Position numbers and translations under genes: made by a program. Of a stretch of DNA of 64,000 bases, positions 52,021 through 64,000 are shown in pieces. Origin of the DNA: Tubiluchus corallicola (lineage: Eukaryota; Animalia; Priapulida); assembly GCA_030141605.1 (NCBI GenBank), contig JAQGDQ010000352.1, forward strand, positions 1 through 64,000, given 5' to 3'. A model generated the notes under the pieces. That model had not been told where the DNA came from, ran no database searches, and saw only the letters and a list, made by a program, of their open reading frames with translations. How positions within the stretch are numbered: the stretch's first letter is position 1; the number at the start of each line of letters is the position of its first letter.

Positions 52021-54628
52021 TCATTCATCGCAGCCTATATCAAAATCGTAATTACATATTATATTTTCCTTATGTTTCCTTGCTATTGCTACATCATTTA
52101 CTTTATTACATCAATTACATTAAGTCATCTGCAAAAGCACGCATAACTTTAATAATTTTTTCATTTAAGTAAGGTGAGTGTGTTAATGACCGTATGGTCG
52201 TACACTCATCGCACACTACTCAAATCATTTCATTTATTGTGTATTAATGTGTACAATATTGTATTTTGATGTGTGAAAATAAATTCATAGTTCATAGACA
52301 GAGAACGACGAGAGACAGAGAGACTTCGTTAGTCTCTGTTGTTCCGTCTATAAGATATAACTCTTTACCCTTGCTTTAGATACAACATTGCAAGATGTAC
52401 ACACACACATAAGCCCATAATTTCATTAGTCTATGTGCCCAGAGGGTCATAATCCGGTCCTACATGTACACTATAGTAAGCCAGGGTGCTACATAAGTGA
52501 AACTAATAATTATATGTAGGCTTATTAGCAGATTAGGTTCAATCGTCTACTGTACGTTTCGTCGGTCGGAATGTTTGCAGACAAACATCCTCATATCAGA
52601 TAAAATGCGTAGTTTACACTAGAATCATCGCTTCACATAAAATTATAAAGCGTTTCTATAAAGATTTTGTGTAATAATATTATGCCTGAACAATTGAGTA
52701 CTGTATTGAACAGTTGAATACTGTATTGTGTGTACAATTTTAGATGATAGAACTATCTAAACCTTTAACAACTATAATTATGTAATGTCGAATGGTACAA
52801 TATACGTCGCGTCCATGTATGATTGTAATTGCTGCAAAATACAGTGAAAAACGGCGTTGTCTAAAACAAACAATGGAGCGAGTCATGGAGCGTGCGCGCA
52901 TTGGTGATTATTAGTGGATTCCAACCATGGTTTTAGCTAGTGGACATATTGCACGGGGGTTGACTGAATGACTGGTAAAATGAATGGAGTCAAGTCATAC
53001 AAAAATAAATGCGAATCTCAGAACAAAAAGCAAACAGTCAACTTTTGACAATTTAAGCAATTCCTCAGTAGTTGCTTGGTGTGAATGTAGGTAAAAATGG
53101 CACAGGAAAAAATGGCACAGGAAAAAGTGCACAAATGGAAAAGTAGGTAAAAATGGCACAGGAAGAAATGGCACGCTTAGTTATATATGTGCTTAGGCTT
53201 AGGGTTACGATGGGGTATAATTATTTTAGTTAAGCTTCAATACGGTTTGTTTGTCTGGTTGTAATTATCCTAGAAAAAATTCCACATTAAAATCCCTTTG
53301 TATAAGCATTTTAACTTCTTTTGGGTGATATGAATTTAAGCCATGATTATTTCAAAAATTGTTTCCTTATAAAACAGTAGTTTTATAAATTAAATACAAA
53401 ATACTATATTATATACAAAATAAAAGCATAGCACTATAGTAAAAAAACATCCACATTTTATTCGCATCCATATATATACAATACAATTATATACAATAAA
53501 GCATTAGTAATTTAAAAGTAATACTAAAAAAGTTTACGTATGTAATACTAAAAGTAATACTAAAAATGTCAGCAAAAAAGTTATATTAAAAGCCATGTTG
53601 GCCTGTTTGACACACAAAATGTTCAGCTAGTGCCGCTGAATTTTTGAGTGACACCTACATGCATTATTCCAGACAGTGAATATGGCATTCACTAGAGTAT
53701 TAGAACTTTTAGATAGCCTGTTTTGAAGCCGAAAAAAAATTTCGAATTGTAGTATCAAAGTATAATAAACACACACTCCCCTTGCAGAACAGTCAAATTG
53801 TAGCTGAATTAACTTGCAGATGTCTTTGTTATATGCGTTGATAATTTATAATTTGATTACTAGCCTTTGTTATTTTGAAATGACAAATCAATCATGACAA
53901 AGCTCAATGAAGTAGTACGTCTTGTTCTATGGTGGGAAGATATCGTTGTTGCAGGAGTACAGCCACAACACTCAACTTGCAACTTTTTATTTCAACTGTT
54001 CAGGAGAGAAGTTCAATTATTATCTGTGAGCACAGCGTTGTCACATACATAGGCCAGGAAGTTTAGGCAATTATAGATAAATGTATTTTGGGGATACAAT
54101 ATAATTATGTTTAAATGTGTAATATATTGACAGGGGATGTGTACAGCAGAGTAATGAGTGGTGACGGTGGGTGCTTATTGAGCAAAGTTAAGCAACATAG
54201 AAGCTACTCAGTGAATGACTGGGTGAGCACCAGTTCTCTATGCACTCTGAGTGGTTTCAGTCTCCATACCGGTTGTGGTTGTTTACCTTGTTGACAGAAG
54301 ATTCATATGTTCACTTCCGAGTGTGGCTAAGGCATCCTCCACTGGGTTGTATAAACAATAATGTACACTATGAGATACAAAATACAGTGTACTAACAATT
54401 ATTAACACTTATGAGTATTGCATGCATAGAATTTTTGAAATTTAATCATTTAAAATTGGTAGGATTATTTCAGAATATCATGCTTAACAATACAGTCTAG
54501 CTATGTGCATTTTGAAATCGGTGTGTCCTCAAGGGTTTTGTTAATTTTTTTGACAAGTGTTGGTTGCTTTGAAAATGATAAATTTTCAGATTTGTAATGC
54601 ATCTTGAAATGTTCTTTGGTCATTTCAG

Positions 54629-54859
54629 TTTCAGTTGTTCTGTGACCGAGGTTACATTGTCACTCTATCCACCTCTCTCATGTTCATTGGAGTGAACATT
54701 GGAGGTCGCATTAGCTCTACGATTGGAGACCGCTTTGGAAGAAAAATTGTCCTTCTGGTGGGTTTAGCCGGCATGACAGTTGCTGGGACGCTGATGGCGG
54801 CCATGCCAGAAATCTGGTCTTTCATTGCACTACGCATCATTTTAGGTTTCAGTATTTCA
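54629..54859 (+). CDS. SLC22-like transporter, exon 2
   Basis: ttcag|FQLFCDR...GDRFGRK...LRIILG.SIS|gtaagt; MFS motif A. Confidence 0.92.
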
Positions 54860-55024
54860 GTAAGTAAACAATTTGATTTCTGATCACGTGGAGTGTTTGT
54901 CTTTTTGTGCCCAAGTTCAAAAAATAAAAGAGTGTAAGATATGACATTTATTTGTTTGTGTGCAAAGCATTTTTGTGACTAATGACTAGATTATTAAAAT
55001 CAAGTGTTAGTTCTGTGCCAGGGG

Positions 55025-55292
55025 TAGGGATGTTAACGATATTTATCGATAAGTATCAATTATTGTATCAATACGAAAAATTTGTTTTCATCATTATCGT
55101 GTCAATATTATTAGTATTCTAGGAAGATCATTATTGTATCGAATTTGGTGCATATCGCTGCCTTTTGCTCACAATAAGAGTTATTTATAAGTTGTTTGAA
55201 TAACCTTCTTATACTTTCTTTCTGCAGTAGCGGTTATCTTCAGTCGGTTTAGCGACACACGAATGCCAAATTTGTATCATTTAACATCCCTA
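55025..55292. mobile_element. Non-autonomous hAT element (268 bp) in intron 2
   Basis: TIRs TAGGGATGTTAA / TTAACATCCCTA; perfect 8-bp TSD GCCAGGGG. Confidence 0.9.
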
Positions 55293-55465
55293 GCCAGGGG
55301 TATAAATTATATGCTAGCCACTGTAACATGGTAATTATAAGAACTTGACCAGTCGTGTAGTAGTGTAAGGAGTATTTGGGAAATAAGAAAAACATGTTTA
55401 TGGATATGAGATGTTTTCACATATAAATTCTGTGTCAAAGTTGTTCTGGAACTTGTGAATCACAG

Positions 55466-55665
55466 GCTGCTGGAATTTCCGCATTCATACTACGTGTTGA
55501 ATGGTTACCGCCATCCGGACGAATATTCGGCATCTTCTTCCTCGGAGGCTACAGCTGGTCCATCGGCATTGCTTTACTGGCTGCCCTTGCCTACTTTGTG
55601 AGGAACTGGCGCTACATACAGCTTGCTATCTCACTGCCTGGTTTGCTAACTCTAAGTTTTATATG
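55466..55665 (+). CDS. SLC22-like transporter, exon 3
   Basis: cacag|AAGISAFILRVEWLPPSGR...LAYFVRNWRYIQLAISLP...FI-TG|gtaag. Confidence 0.92.
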
Positions 55666-56442
55666 GTAAGTTTTAAAGCTGGTATGTATGGTAAAAGTCT
55701 TGACCTTGATTTTGTTAGAAATTTCATTATGTTTTGCTGAGGTGCGGCTGAGTAGATAAAGCATCTGCGCTTCATTTAAACAACCAGGGTTCAATACTCG
55801 CTCGGGGACGTCTCATGGCTGTTTATCTTGTGGAGGCTGAGACACCTGTATTGGTGTTCATGTTAGAGGAATATCATTGTTTTCCTTTGATAATGAGTCA
55901 AGGGGAAACACCAATGAAAACGGCATTAGAGAAGCAAGAATGAAGCATGGAAAACTAGATAAATGTTAAGTTCTGAAGTTAACCTTGCCTATCAGTTGTT
56001 GTGAGTTATTGAGTTATAGTAGTTGTAATGACAGAAACATTTCCAAACAGAAGCTAATACTACTGAAATACTTTATTGCACAAATTTCAGCATAAAAATG
56101 TCCCATATGACTGGGTGGATTAACTTGACTGTTTGCGGCACAGACGGAAAACTTACAGGCAAATGCCTGAAAGTTAGGCTGGAAATAAAAATGTTACGCT
56201 GTTGCCACAAATGGCACTACGTATATGAATTTTATAAGTAAATTAAGAAAAACTGCAACTATAATAATAATTATTATTATTATGATAGTAATAGCTAAGT
56301 CTGCTGCATTAATTTCTAGTTATTCCTTGCTAAAACATTCTTTGAATTTATGGACTTATGGTTTCCCTTAAGATGCATATAGCACAATATGAATACAAGT
56401 GAAGACATAACATGAAAAGTACCGAAAGAATTTTCATTGCAG

Positions 56443-57069
56443 GTTGATTCCAGAGTCTTTGCACTGGATTGTAGCGCACGAGAATGAACGTTCACCGTCA
56501 AAGAGAAACTTTGTTAAAGGCATGAATATCATAAGAGCCATGTCAAGAAGCAACAATATTGCCATTCCAACTGATCTCCTAGATCACCTTAAAGCTCTAA
56601 AGGTTCGGACTAATTTTGACGCCATCGATGAAGATGGCAGCACACTAACTGTTTCGCCCAATCTCAATGGACGTTTTGAATCTGTTGGTAATAAGTCGGA
56701 GTCGTCGGAAGTATCCAGCTCTGATGAAGAAGATGAAAAACTGAAGCAAGTTGATTGCAAAGCTATCGACGCTGCTTACGGAGCAGGTGTTGCAGCAGCA
56801 GCTGATGCAAATGTAGTGAAAGTTAGTTTGATAGAAAAGCTACAATCAAATATGAACAGTGCTGACAATATGGAGAAGGACACTTCAATCTCAGATTCTG
56901 CTGTGGTTAAAAATGGGGTTTCTAAGAAGCCCAAACTTGTTTTTAAAAAGAAAGCATCACCGCAGAAGACAGCCGAGCAAAAAATTTGGGTCGTTAGAAA
57001 ATATGGATTATCTGATATATGCAGGCATCCAGTTTTGCGGCGTGAGCTCAATATTTTTAGCTTTATATG
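56443..57069 (+). CDS. SLC22-like transporter, exon 4 (enlarged central cytoplasmic loop)
   Basis: ttgcag|G LIPESLHW...YGLSDICRHPVLRR...FI-TG|gtaag; open for 627 nt. Confidence 0.9.
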
Positions 57070-57281
57070 GTAAGAAAATTTTTAATTATAGAACAATTGT
57101 CAGCATATTTATTATGCTAAGAACGTAACTACTTCTGGGTCTGATTATTAACTGATATCAGTTAATGTAGAAATGAACAAATTTATAGAGTTCTTTGAAC
57201 ATTTTTTCCAATATTTTATTGGAAAATAACATTGCTATAATCAGAAGACATATTAAATGCAGTAATGATTTGGAATTTCAG

Positions 57282-57416
57282 GTTTGCAGACTGCTGTTTT
57301 TATTATGGTATAGCATTGGTGATAGTGAATTGGCCAGGTAATAGATACCTTATCTTTGCACTTTTTGGGCTCTTACAAATACCAGCTGATGCCATGGCCA
57401 GCCTTGTTGTTACTCA
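57282..57416 (+). CDS. SLC22-like transporter, exon 5
   Basis: ttcag|...FYYGI...GNRYLIF...LQIPA...|gtaagt. Confidence 0.9.
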
Positions 57417-57762
57417 GTAAGTTTTATTTACTTTTCTAACTTTTATAAAGTAACATTTTAAGCAGTAAGTGTGATTATAATAATTCAATGTATTATTTAT
57501 GTGCCCTTACCTCTTCTCTTATTTTTGCTCTTCATACGTGCAATGCCTGAATTGAGCCGAGTGAGAGAGCAGAGGTGAATGTTTTGTAATGGTAGTGTGA
57601 CTATATAAATAGCAACCGATTTTCTCATCTTATATGGTCATTTGGATTTCTGTTGTGTTGTTTTAATTACACTACAAATAATAATCTTTGAATGAAAATA
57701 AGTTCAATTATGATAGCCATACTGTTCTACCCATCATTGAGCGTTGTTGTTTTTTATTCTAG

Positions 57763-57845
57763 GATTGGAAGGAGAAAATCTTTGTTTGTGTTTAATGTCC
57801 TGGGAACGTTGATGTTGCTATTAGCAACTGTTGTCAACACATTGG
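57763..57845 (+). CDS. SLC22-like transporter, exon 6
   Basis: ttctag|IGRRKSL...|gtgagt. Confidence 0.9.
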
Positions 57846-58044
57846 GTGAGTGATTTATATATCAATTATATCCTGGTGTTCATTTGACAGAACTTTAGCT
57901 TTTGCTAATTTTACATTAGAGATAATACAATAATTTAAAGCAGTAACAGTAATATTAATAATAATAATAATACAGTAATAATAGTCTTTATTTAAAATCG
58001 GCTTTTGAATAAACAATTAACATAAGCCCGCCAGTTTTTTGCTG

Positions 58045-58215
58045 ACTGTAAGTAACTAACCCACAACTACATTATAACGCCGATTTTACCCTAAATGTCA
58101 CGTGCCGGGCAGGGCACTGTAAGTGTCATTTTTAAAGTTTTTTTTATGAACCGGCCGCAGTATTAAACTCATGACCTCTGAGATGGAAAGCGGACACGTT
58201 ACTACTAGACTGCAC
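58045..58215 (-). mobile_element. MetaSINE/RUDI-like SINE, copy 2
   Basis: Reverse complement colinear with 36048-36225. Confidence 0.65.
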
Positions 58216-58844
58216 CACACAATTGCTGAATTTCCATTATTGTCCCAGTGAATGATGTTACAGCTGTTCAACTAGGAGAAATGCATTTTTCTGCATTTTA
58301 GCCAATGTTTTAATATTCTGAATCATACTTGCCGCTATTAAATTTTAAAAGTCAACTAAATTTTTTGGACACTTGTGTTTGAATTTGTAGTTGTAATAAC
58401 AGTAATTGCTACTAGCTTGTGTAAGAAATGAGAATAAGTGTCATAAAATTCTTGCACACCATTGCACTCTTTATTGCCTTATTATTGTCTTCTTGTTGTC
58501 TCTGCACTATCACTGTCATTAGCTTTCTTGTCAGATGTCATTTCAAGTTAATTTTATTAGTCCACAAGTTCTAAAGGTCTTGTTTATTGCCAAAATTACA
58601 ATGACTGCTTATAATATTATTCAGGGAATAAAAAAATCCAGGTGTTTTTAAGCAAACATTATTTCTGTACATGTTAAATTTCCCATCTTTAAATGACAAA
58701 CGGTATGTCTGTTATGCTTAATTTTTCCGCTTCAAAAGGGAGGTGTCCGCACCACTTGGGCCCTCCCGTGGAGTCACTTCTGCTACCATCTTACTGTAGC
58801 TCTCTGGAGATATTAATGTGTGGTTATTTTCTCTTTGTTTTCAG

Positions 58845-58968
58845 TATTTGGAGAAGGACAAACCAGTTCTCTTCAAACAGTTTTTGGACTGTTAGCAAAG
58901 TGTTTAATAGAGTCGGCCATTAATCTCAATTACCTATACTCGGCGGAGTCATTTCCTACTGTAGTCAG
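58845..58968 (+). CDS. SLC22-like transporter, exon 7
   Basis: tttcag|...LAKC...YLYSAESFPTVVR|gtaag; ELFPT-like motif. Confidence 0.92.
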
Positions 58969-59641
58969 GTAAGAATTACTGGCATGAATACTCGCTATTG
59001 CTGTTTGAAACTGAAACTACGACATTATCTATGAAGTGCAATAAGCCTTTTCACAGTTTTGTTGTGTGCAGTTGCTGTATTTCAAAGATTAAGTGCACTC
59101 CAATGACCAGGAAATAGCAGTGGTCTTTTACATAGTTAAAAACATTATTACTGAAAACTACTGTAAACTTTGTGACTGACTACGAAGTTAAGCAGCACCG
59201 AGTCTGTTTTGTAAGTGGGTGAGTAGTCACCGAAGAAATGTACCACCTTTGACTGTTTCTGTTACTGTGGTCATATGAAGATATTTACCAGTTCAGTGTC
59301 TTCCTAGAGAAGTATTTTTTGTGATGATCCAGCTGCACTTGCCCAGGGCATATGCCATTAAGCACTGGAATCTTGTCAGAAATGTGCTTAACTGTATAAA
59401 AAGGAAAGCAGCTCTCCTGTATCGGCTATATTTGCTGTCATACTGTGTCAATTGAAAGTCTTTCAAACTGAATTATTATGCACCCGAAACAGATGTAGCT
59501 AGCAAATTGGTAAAAAAATAAAATGAAGCTTGAAGATGTGCATTATTTTAGACAGTTATTAGCTGTGACTGCATTCATTTGTTCATGGTTAAGGCTACAC
59601 TGCATAACAGTAAATTTACAAATCCATTTTTGTCGTTTTAG

Positions 59642-59714
59642 ACAAGTTGGTGCTGGTTGCATAAACATCTGGGCAAGAATGGGCTCAGCGGTGTGTCCTT
59701 TCATTCTTCTGTTG
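59642..59714 (+). CDS. SLC22-like transporter, exon 8
   Basis: tttag|QVGAGCINIWARMGSAVCPFILLL|gtaag. Confidence 0.92.
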
Positions 59715-59893
59715 GTAAGAATTATTTAAATAGTAATAAATATTGAAAGAAAACATTTTATTACTGATGTTGCTGTCTGTTTGAAGTGCTGATACCCTTT
59801 TAGTCACACAATGCAGTTCCGTTAAGGAAAACCGGATCCAATCTTAAACTACAGCTCAAGATAATCTACTCTGTAAAATACTGAAAGGGAATA

Positions 59894-60158
59894 CAGTAAG
59901 TCCTCGCTTAGCGACTTGACGTTTAGGTATTAGTAAGTAAAATATACAGGTGGTTTTAGGCAAACAGGAAGACATTAATCAGTAGAAATATGAATAAAAC
60001 TCATAGAATGTTTAACTTATGATTTAAGCAGTATTGATTTTTGTCTCTGGAACGTATCTCAGTTCTTTTACATGACTTTCTTTGGCAGTCTTGGCTTCGT
60101 TTAACGAGGTTTCGCTTAACGCTGGAAAGCATTTGTGTCATTAAGTGAGGACTTACTG
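59894..60158. mobile_element. pogo/Tigger-like (Tc1-mariner) MITE, 265 bp
   Basis: TIRs CAGTAAGTCCTCGCTTA / TAAGTGAGGACTTACTG flanked by TA on both sides. Confidence 0.9.
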
Positions 60159-60594
60159 TATACTATATTTTCAAGAGCGCCTTATGTGAAAGATTTACTG
60201 CTACAGAAATGTATGTTCTCGTTCGCATAGCTAGGTTTTGCTATTACCTGCATTTTACCATTCGCTAGTAAGACGGGTACTAGGGAATGCATCTGGGAAA
60301 TGCGTTGCACAACAAACAGGTGCTGTACCTCTCAGTTCAGAAGCGTTCAGTTGTGATGTAGTGCGCACGTGTGAAAGCTCATGCATGAGCACTTCAGTAA
60401 ACTTTAAATTTGAATTTCAAATTTAAAATTTGCCAAGTTTTTGTTTATCACACTAAGTGTGCTACAGTAGCACTGTACTTCAATTTTCGCTTTCACAAAC
60501 ATGTGCAACATGCTCTTGGAATGTTTGTGCCTTTGAAAATTATGTTCACTTTTGATTTCATTACTAGTTGACCTTGCCCACCATTAATCAAGTT

Positions 60595-60737
60595 TTGGGC
60601 GGAGTTTACAATTCCCTACCCAATTTAAATACCCTAACCGTAACCGTGACCCTAATCCTAACCCTAACCCCAACTCTAATACTAATCCACTTTACAAACT
60701 AATTTCTTGTGTGTGGGGAATTGTAAACTTAGCTCAA
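60595..60737. mobile_element. Short MITE with an internal degenerate (CCCTAA)n tract
   Basis: Inverted ends gggcggagtttacaattccc / ggggaattgtaaacttagctc; centre ccctaaccgtaaccgtgaccctaatcctaaccctaacccc. Confidence 0.7.
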
Positions 60738-61030
60738 GTTTTTAACCTATTATTTATTTATTGGAAATGCTTTGATATTATTATAGGTGTTAAAATGTAT
60801 ACTTTTTACCAAGTTTCAAAATAGGATGTGATCTGAAAAATCATCTTGTTGTCCTTTAATGAAAGAAAACTAACTTTAGTTAAGAAAGAGTGTGAACATG
60901 CTCTTGGGTAATGTGTGTTTACTTTGTTGGAGGGAGGCGGTCAAACTAACATTTTAGGTTGATGGTAAAAAAGATTTCCACTGAGGATAAAACTTAATAA
61001 ATAATTAAAATGCGATTCTGTGCTTTATAG

Positions 61031-61170
61031 AATGCAGTGTACGTTGACTTACCTTACATAATATTTGCCGTAATGACGGGCACGGCAGCCCTAGTCACTC
61101 TGATGCTGAGGGAAGTAACCGAAACTCACATGCGGTTTGAAGACGTTACAGACATGGTGACATGCTTCAG
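61031..61170 (+). CDS. SLC22-like transporter, exon 9
   Basis: ttatag|NAVYVDLPYIIFA...LMLREV...CF-AG|gtagag. Confidence 0.88.
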
Positions 61171-61996
61171 GTAGAGATTTTAACTTGTTGAATGAGCAGT
61201 GTTAGAACTTAAATACTGACAATGTGTTGTTATGAGCTAACTTGTGGAACATTTACTTAGAATGGATGAAGAAGAAAGATACGCAATTAATGCTCATTAA
61301 GCTAATTGTCATAATTTAATGACTGCTGCTGCTATCATTATAGGTATTTCATATGGAATTTTAAAAGTGTGAAATGCTTTTTTGCCTTTAGAGAATCTTG
61401 ATAATACAAGTAAACTACTACTCGAAAATGTTGTAGAGGTCATGCTGTATGTGAGTGCTGACTACATTGCACTCAGTAATTTTACAAATAAGATCTGTGT
61501 AAGCAGGCTCAATGACGCTTTGAGTGACTTTCCTGGTACATCTAAGAATTATTTTCCAAAGATCCGTGGCTGAAATCCGACCCAGGCTTTTAACATTTCT
61601 ATCTTTTTGATCTGTATAATTTAGAGACAAGGCAGATTATGATCTTTTGGGTTCCTAAACTTAAATAAACCAGAATAATTATATTTTCTCAAAAAAATAT
61701 TCTTTAAGAAATACCACTATTTTACTATTAATTATAAACCAAATTAGCACATATTTCAACGCAACCACAGTGAAAAAACAGCTTCTTACCAAATGTTACT
61801 AGAGCTCGAGGGTAACTAAGCTATAGCTTATAGTAGGTTAATCCTGCCCTGTCTGGAGATAAATTTAAAGTTGTGTACAGTGCTTGTAGCTAAATTTAAC
61901 ATTGTATCGTGTATCTGTAAGCAAATTTAGCTATCAGAATTGACCAATGCATTGTATTAATAATTGTAAAATTGGTATGTATTTTGCAATATTTAG

Positions 61997-62141
61997 TTGT
62001 TGTCAGCAGCATAAAGTGGATGAACCAGGACAATCAAAATCGGCTGGTCATGCAGAGAAGGTTCTAGAATCTCCTATTCCACCACCTCGCCGACATAAGC
62101 AGCCAGTAAAGAAAAGTGATGCGTACAACAAGAGTGGCTAA
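61997..62141 (+). CDS. SLC22-like transporter, exon 10 (C-terminal tail and stop)
   Basis: atttag|T CCQQHK...NKSG*; phase 2 matches exon 9; the ten exons total 2100 nt (699 aa). Confidence 0.75.
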
Positions 62142-63519
62142 CAAAACATGAAACTTGCCATTTGACTTATTCTGTAACCAAACAGGAGTTTTGTAATGAA
62201 TCTAGTATTAACAGCAAATGTACAAACTTCATTTTTGTTGGTCAATTTTGAAGGACAAGGAAATAAAAGTGCAACATTGTAACAGGTCGTAAGCTTTCAC
62301 AGTTTCCTTGTGCGCCTGCAAAGTTGCTGTAGGTAAAAGGTTAAGTATACCACAGCAATGTGTCTTAACTACAACCGTCAAGTGATGTGTGTAAAGCAAA
62401 GCCGTCTGCCACATTAGTTCAGTAACTTCAGTTGTTTACTTGGATTTTACTTAATTAGACATTATTCTGGGCATAGAATGATTTACTAGCAGGCTCTTGC
62501 TTGGGAACAAGAAAAAATGAACTAAAAGTAAGGTTCTAGTTAACTGTTAAAACTGTTACTACACATTACAACAGCATGGGGCTGCGAGGCTTTGTTAGTG
62601 TACACAAATGCGTCGTCTGGTATGCTTAACCTTTGACCTTCTCACGATCATCATCAATTGCTGGAACTGCAAAAAGGCGTATTATGAAGGACATGGCATT
62701 TAAAGGAAATCAAAGTGAAACATTATAACAGGTTAATTATTGTTGAGTGCAGGAATTTTTGATGACTTTTACATTCGCTATTTAGCTGATTTTGATGTTT
62801 TTTTATTATGATGTATTTTGGTAATAGAGGATTTTTGCTCAAGTTTTCAGCCCAAAACTTTATATGTTTTTTCAAATTTAAACTTTTTATTAAACTAGTA
62901 TATCATGTGAGATAGGTCGAATCTTATTTTGTACAAAGTATTATTTTGTGTGTGATTACATTTTCAAAAGAAAATCAAAGTATAAATGCTTGCGCTATTT
63001 TTTATTGTGAACTAGAATGATTGACATGTTTTTACATTGGTTTAATCTTTCGTGTTTTTGGATTATGTCCTATCTTGTACAAATGTATATAGTAGATCGG
63101 AAAAAACTGACGACTACTGAATTATTTTACAAATTTATTTTTTCCCACGATTAACTTAACAAAGAGGCTGTCATTTACTTTCAAACTTGCAAAAAAACAA
63201 GCAAACGGTGGCTAAAAATAATTAACAAAAAGTAATATGTGCATGTGCATCACGATCACTGAAATGTACAAAATATTTTACCATAAATAATTAGGTACAC
63301 AAAAACATGGTATTACATTCATGAAAAAATTCAAATATTCGACTATGTGAAAACATGCATGAAGAAAGCTTTTTGCAATATAAAAATATGGAAAACGGAA
63401 TGTAGGAATACAAAAATATGGAAAACTGAATGTAGGAATATCACCATTATGTAGTTATCACAAGAAATTGTAGTTGTACAGAATTTCGATAATATAGTTA
63501 AACACAATGTCATGATTAG

Positions 63520-63815
63520 AATGATTTATAAAAATAAAATTCATCAAGATTGGAGCTTTTATGTCAAATTTTGAAAAAATACAAGTAAATTTTACAGAAA
63601 TATAAATTGTCAAGATTGGTGCTTTTACAACAAGTAAATTTTACAAAAATATAAATTGCAAGATTGGTGCTTTATGTCAAGTAAATTGTACAAAAATGTA
63701 AATTGTCAAGATTGATGCTTTTACACAGTGTAAATTTCACAAAAGTATAAATTGCCAAGATTTATGTTTTTAGCCCAAGTCGTATTTGCAAAAAACATTA
63801 AATTGTCTAGATTAG
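63520..63815. repeat. Degenerate ~50-65-bp tandem repeat, about 6 copies
   Basis: gtaaattttacaaaaatataaattgtcaagattggtgcttttat recurs. Confidence 0.85.
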
Positions 63816-64000
63816 CGCGTCTATAACTGACACGTGCTTAACACTGGTCTATGTCAAGTGCTTAATAAACAAACTTGAGCATTAGCTAATTATATTGCAC
63901 TCATTAATTGTGCAAATCTGTTTGGACTAATTTACTCTTCTGCTTAGCATTAAAGCCTGGTCTAGTTTCATCTTCTAAAATTGCTATTTGAGAAACTCAG

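Noticed and set aside
61382-61573. 63-aa ORF after an AG acceptor as an alternative last SLC22 exon
   Set aside because: After the phase-2 end of exon 9, the acceptor at 61390 would add a short in-frame tail, so it cannot be excluded; there is no homology support, and the 61997 exon was preferred.

Overview
AT-rich, intron-containing eukaryotic DNA from an invertebrate. TTAGGG-type tracts and MetaSINE-like elements point weakly to a lophotrochozoan or other non-arthropod; the species cannot be fixed from the sequence. Four intact genes can be assembled by hand from GT-AG splice sites. (1) A TLC-domain TLCD3/FAM57-like gene with an intronless CDS (10796-11548, -). (2) A two-coding-exon huckebein-like gene with four C2H2 fingers (21425-23207, -, 399 aa). 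(3) A two-exon secreted coiled-coil + C-type lectin (42797-44476, -, 212 aa). (4) A ten-exon SLC22 transporter with an enlarged central loop (51009-62141, +, 699 aa). Three decayed SLC6 (sodium:neurotransmitter symporter) fragments lie at 29.1-33.1 kb. One of them sits inside a ~986-bp hAT-like MITE, an apparent Pack-TIR gene capture and the most notable feature of the window. The remainder is dense in non-autonomous transposons (hAT MITEs with 8-bp TSDs, a pogo-like MITE, Harbinger-like MITEs, two HINE/Helentron-type copies nested in a telomere-motif element, a Helitron), tRNA- and 5S-derived SINEs, LINE 3' fragments, minisatellites and compound trinucleotide microsatellites. All family assignments come from motif recall, not database searches.
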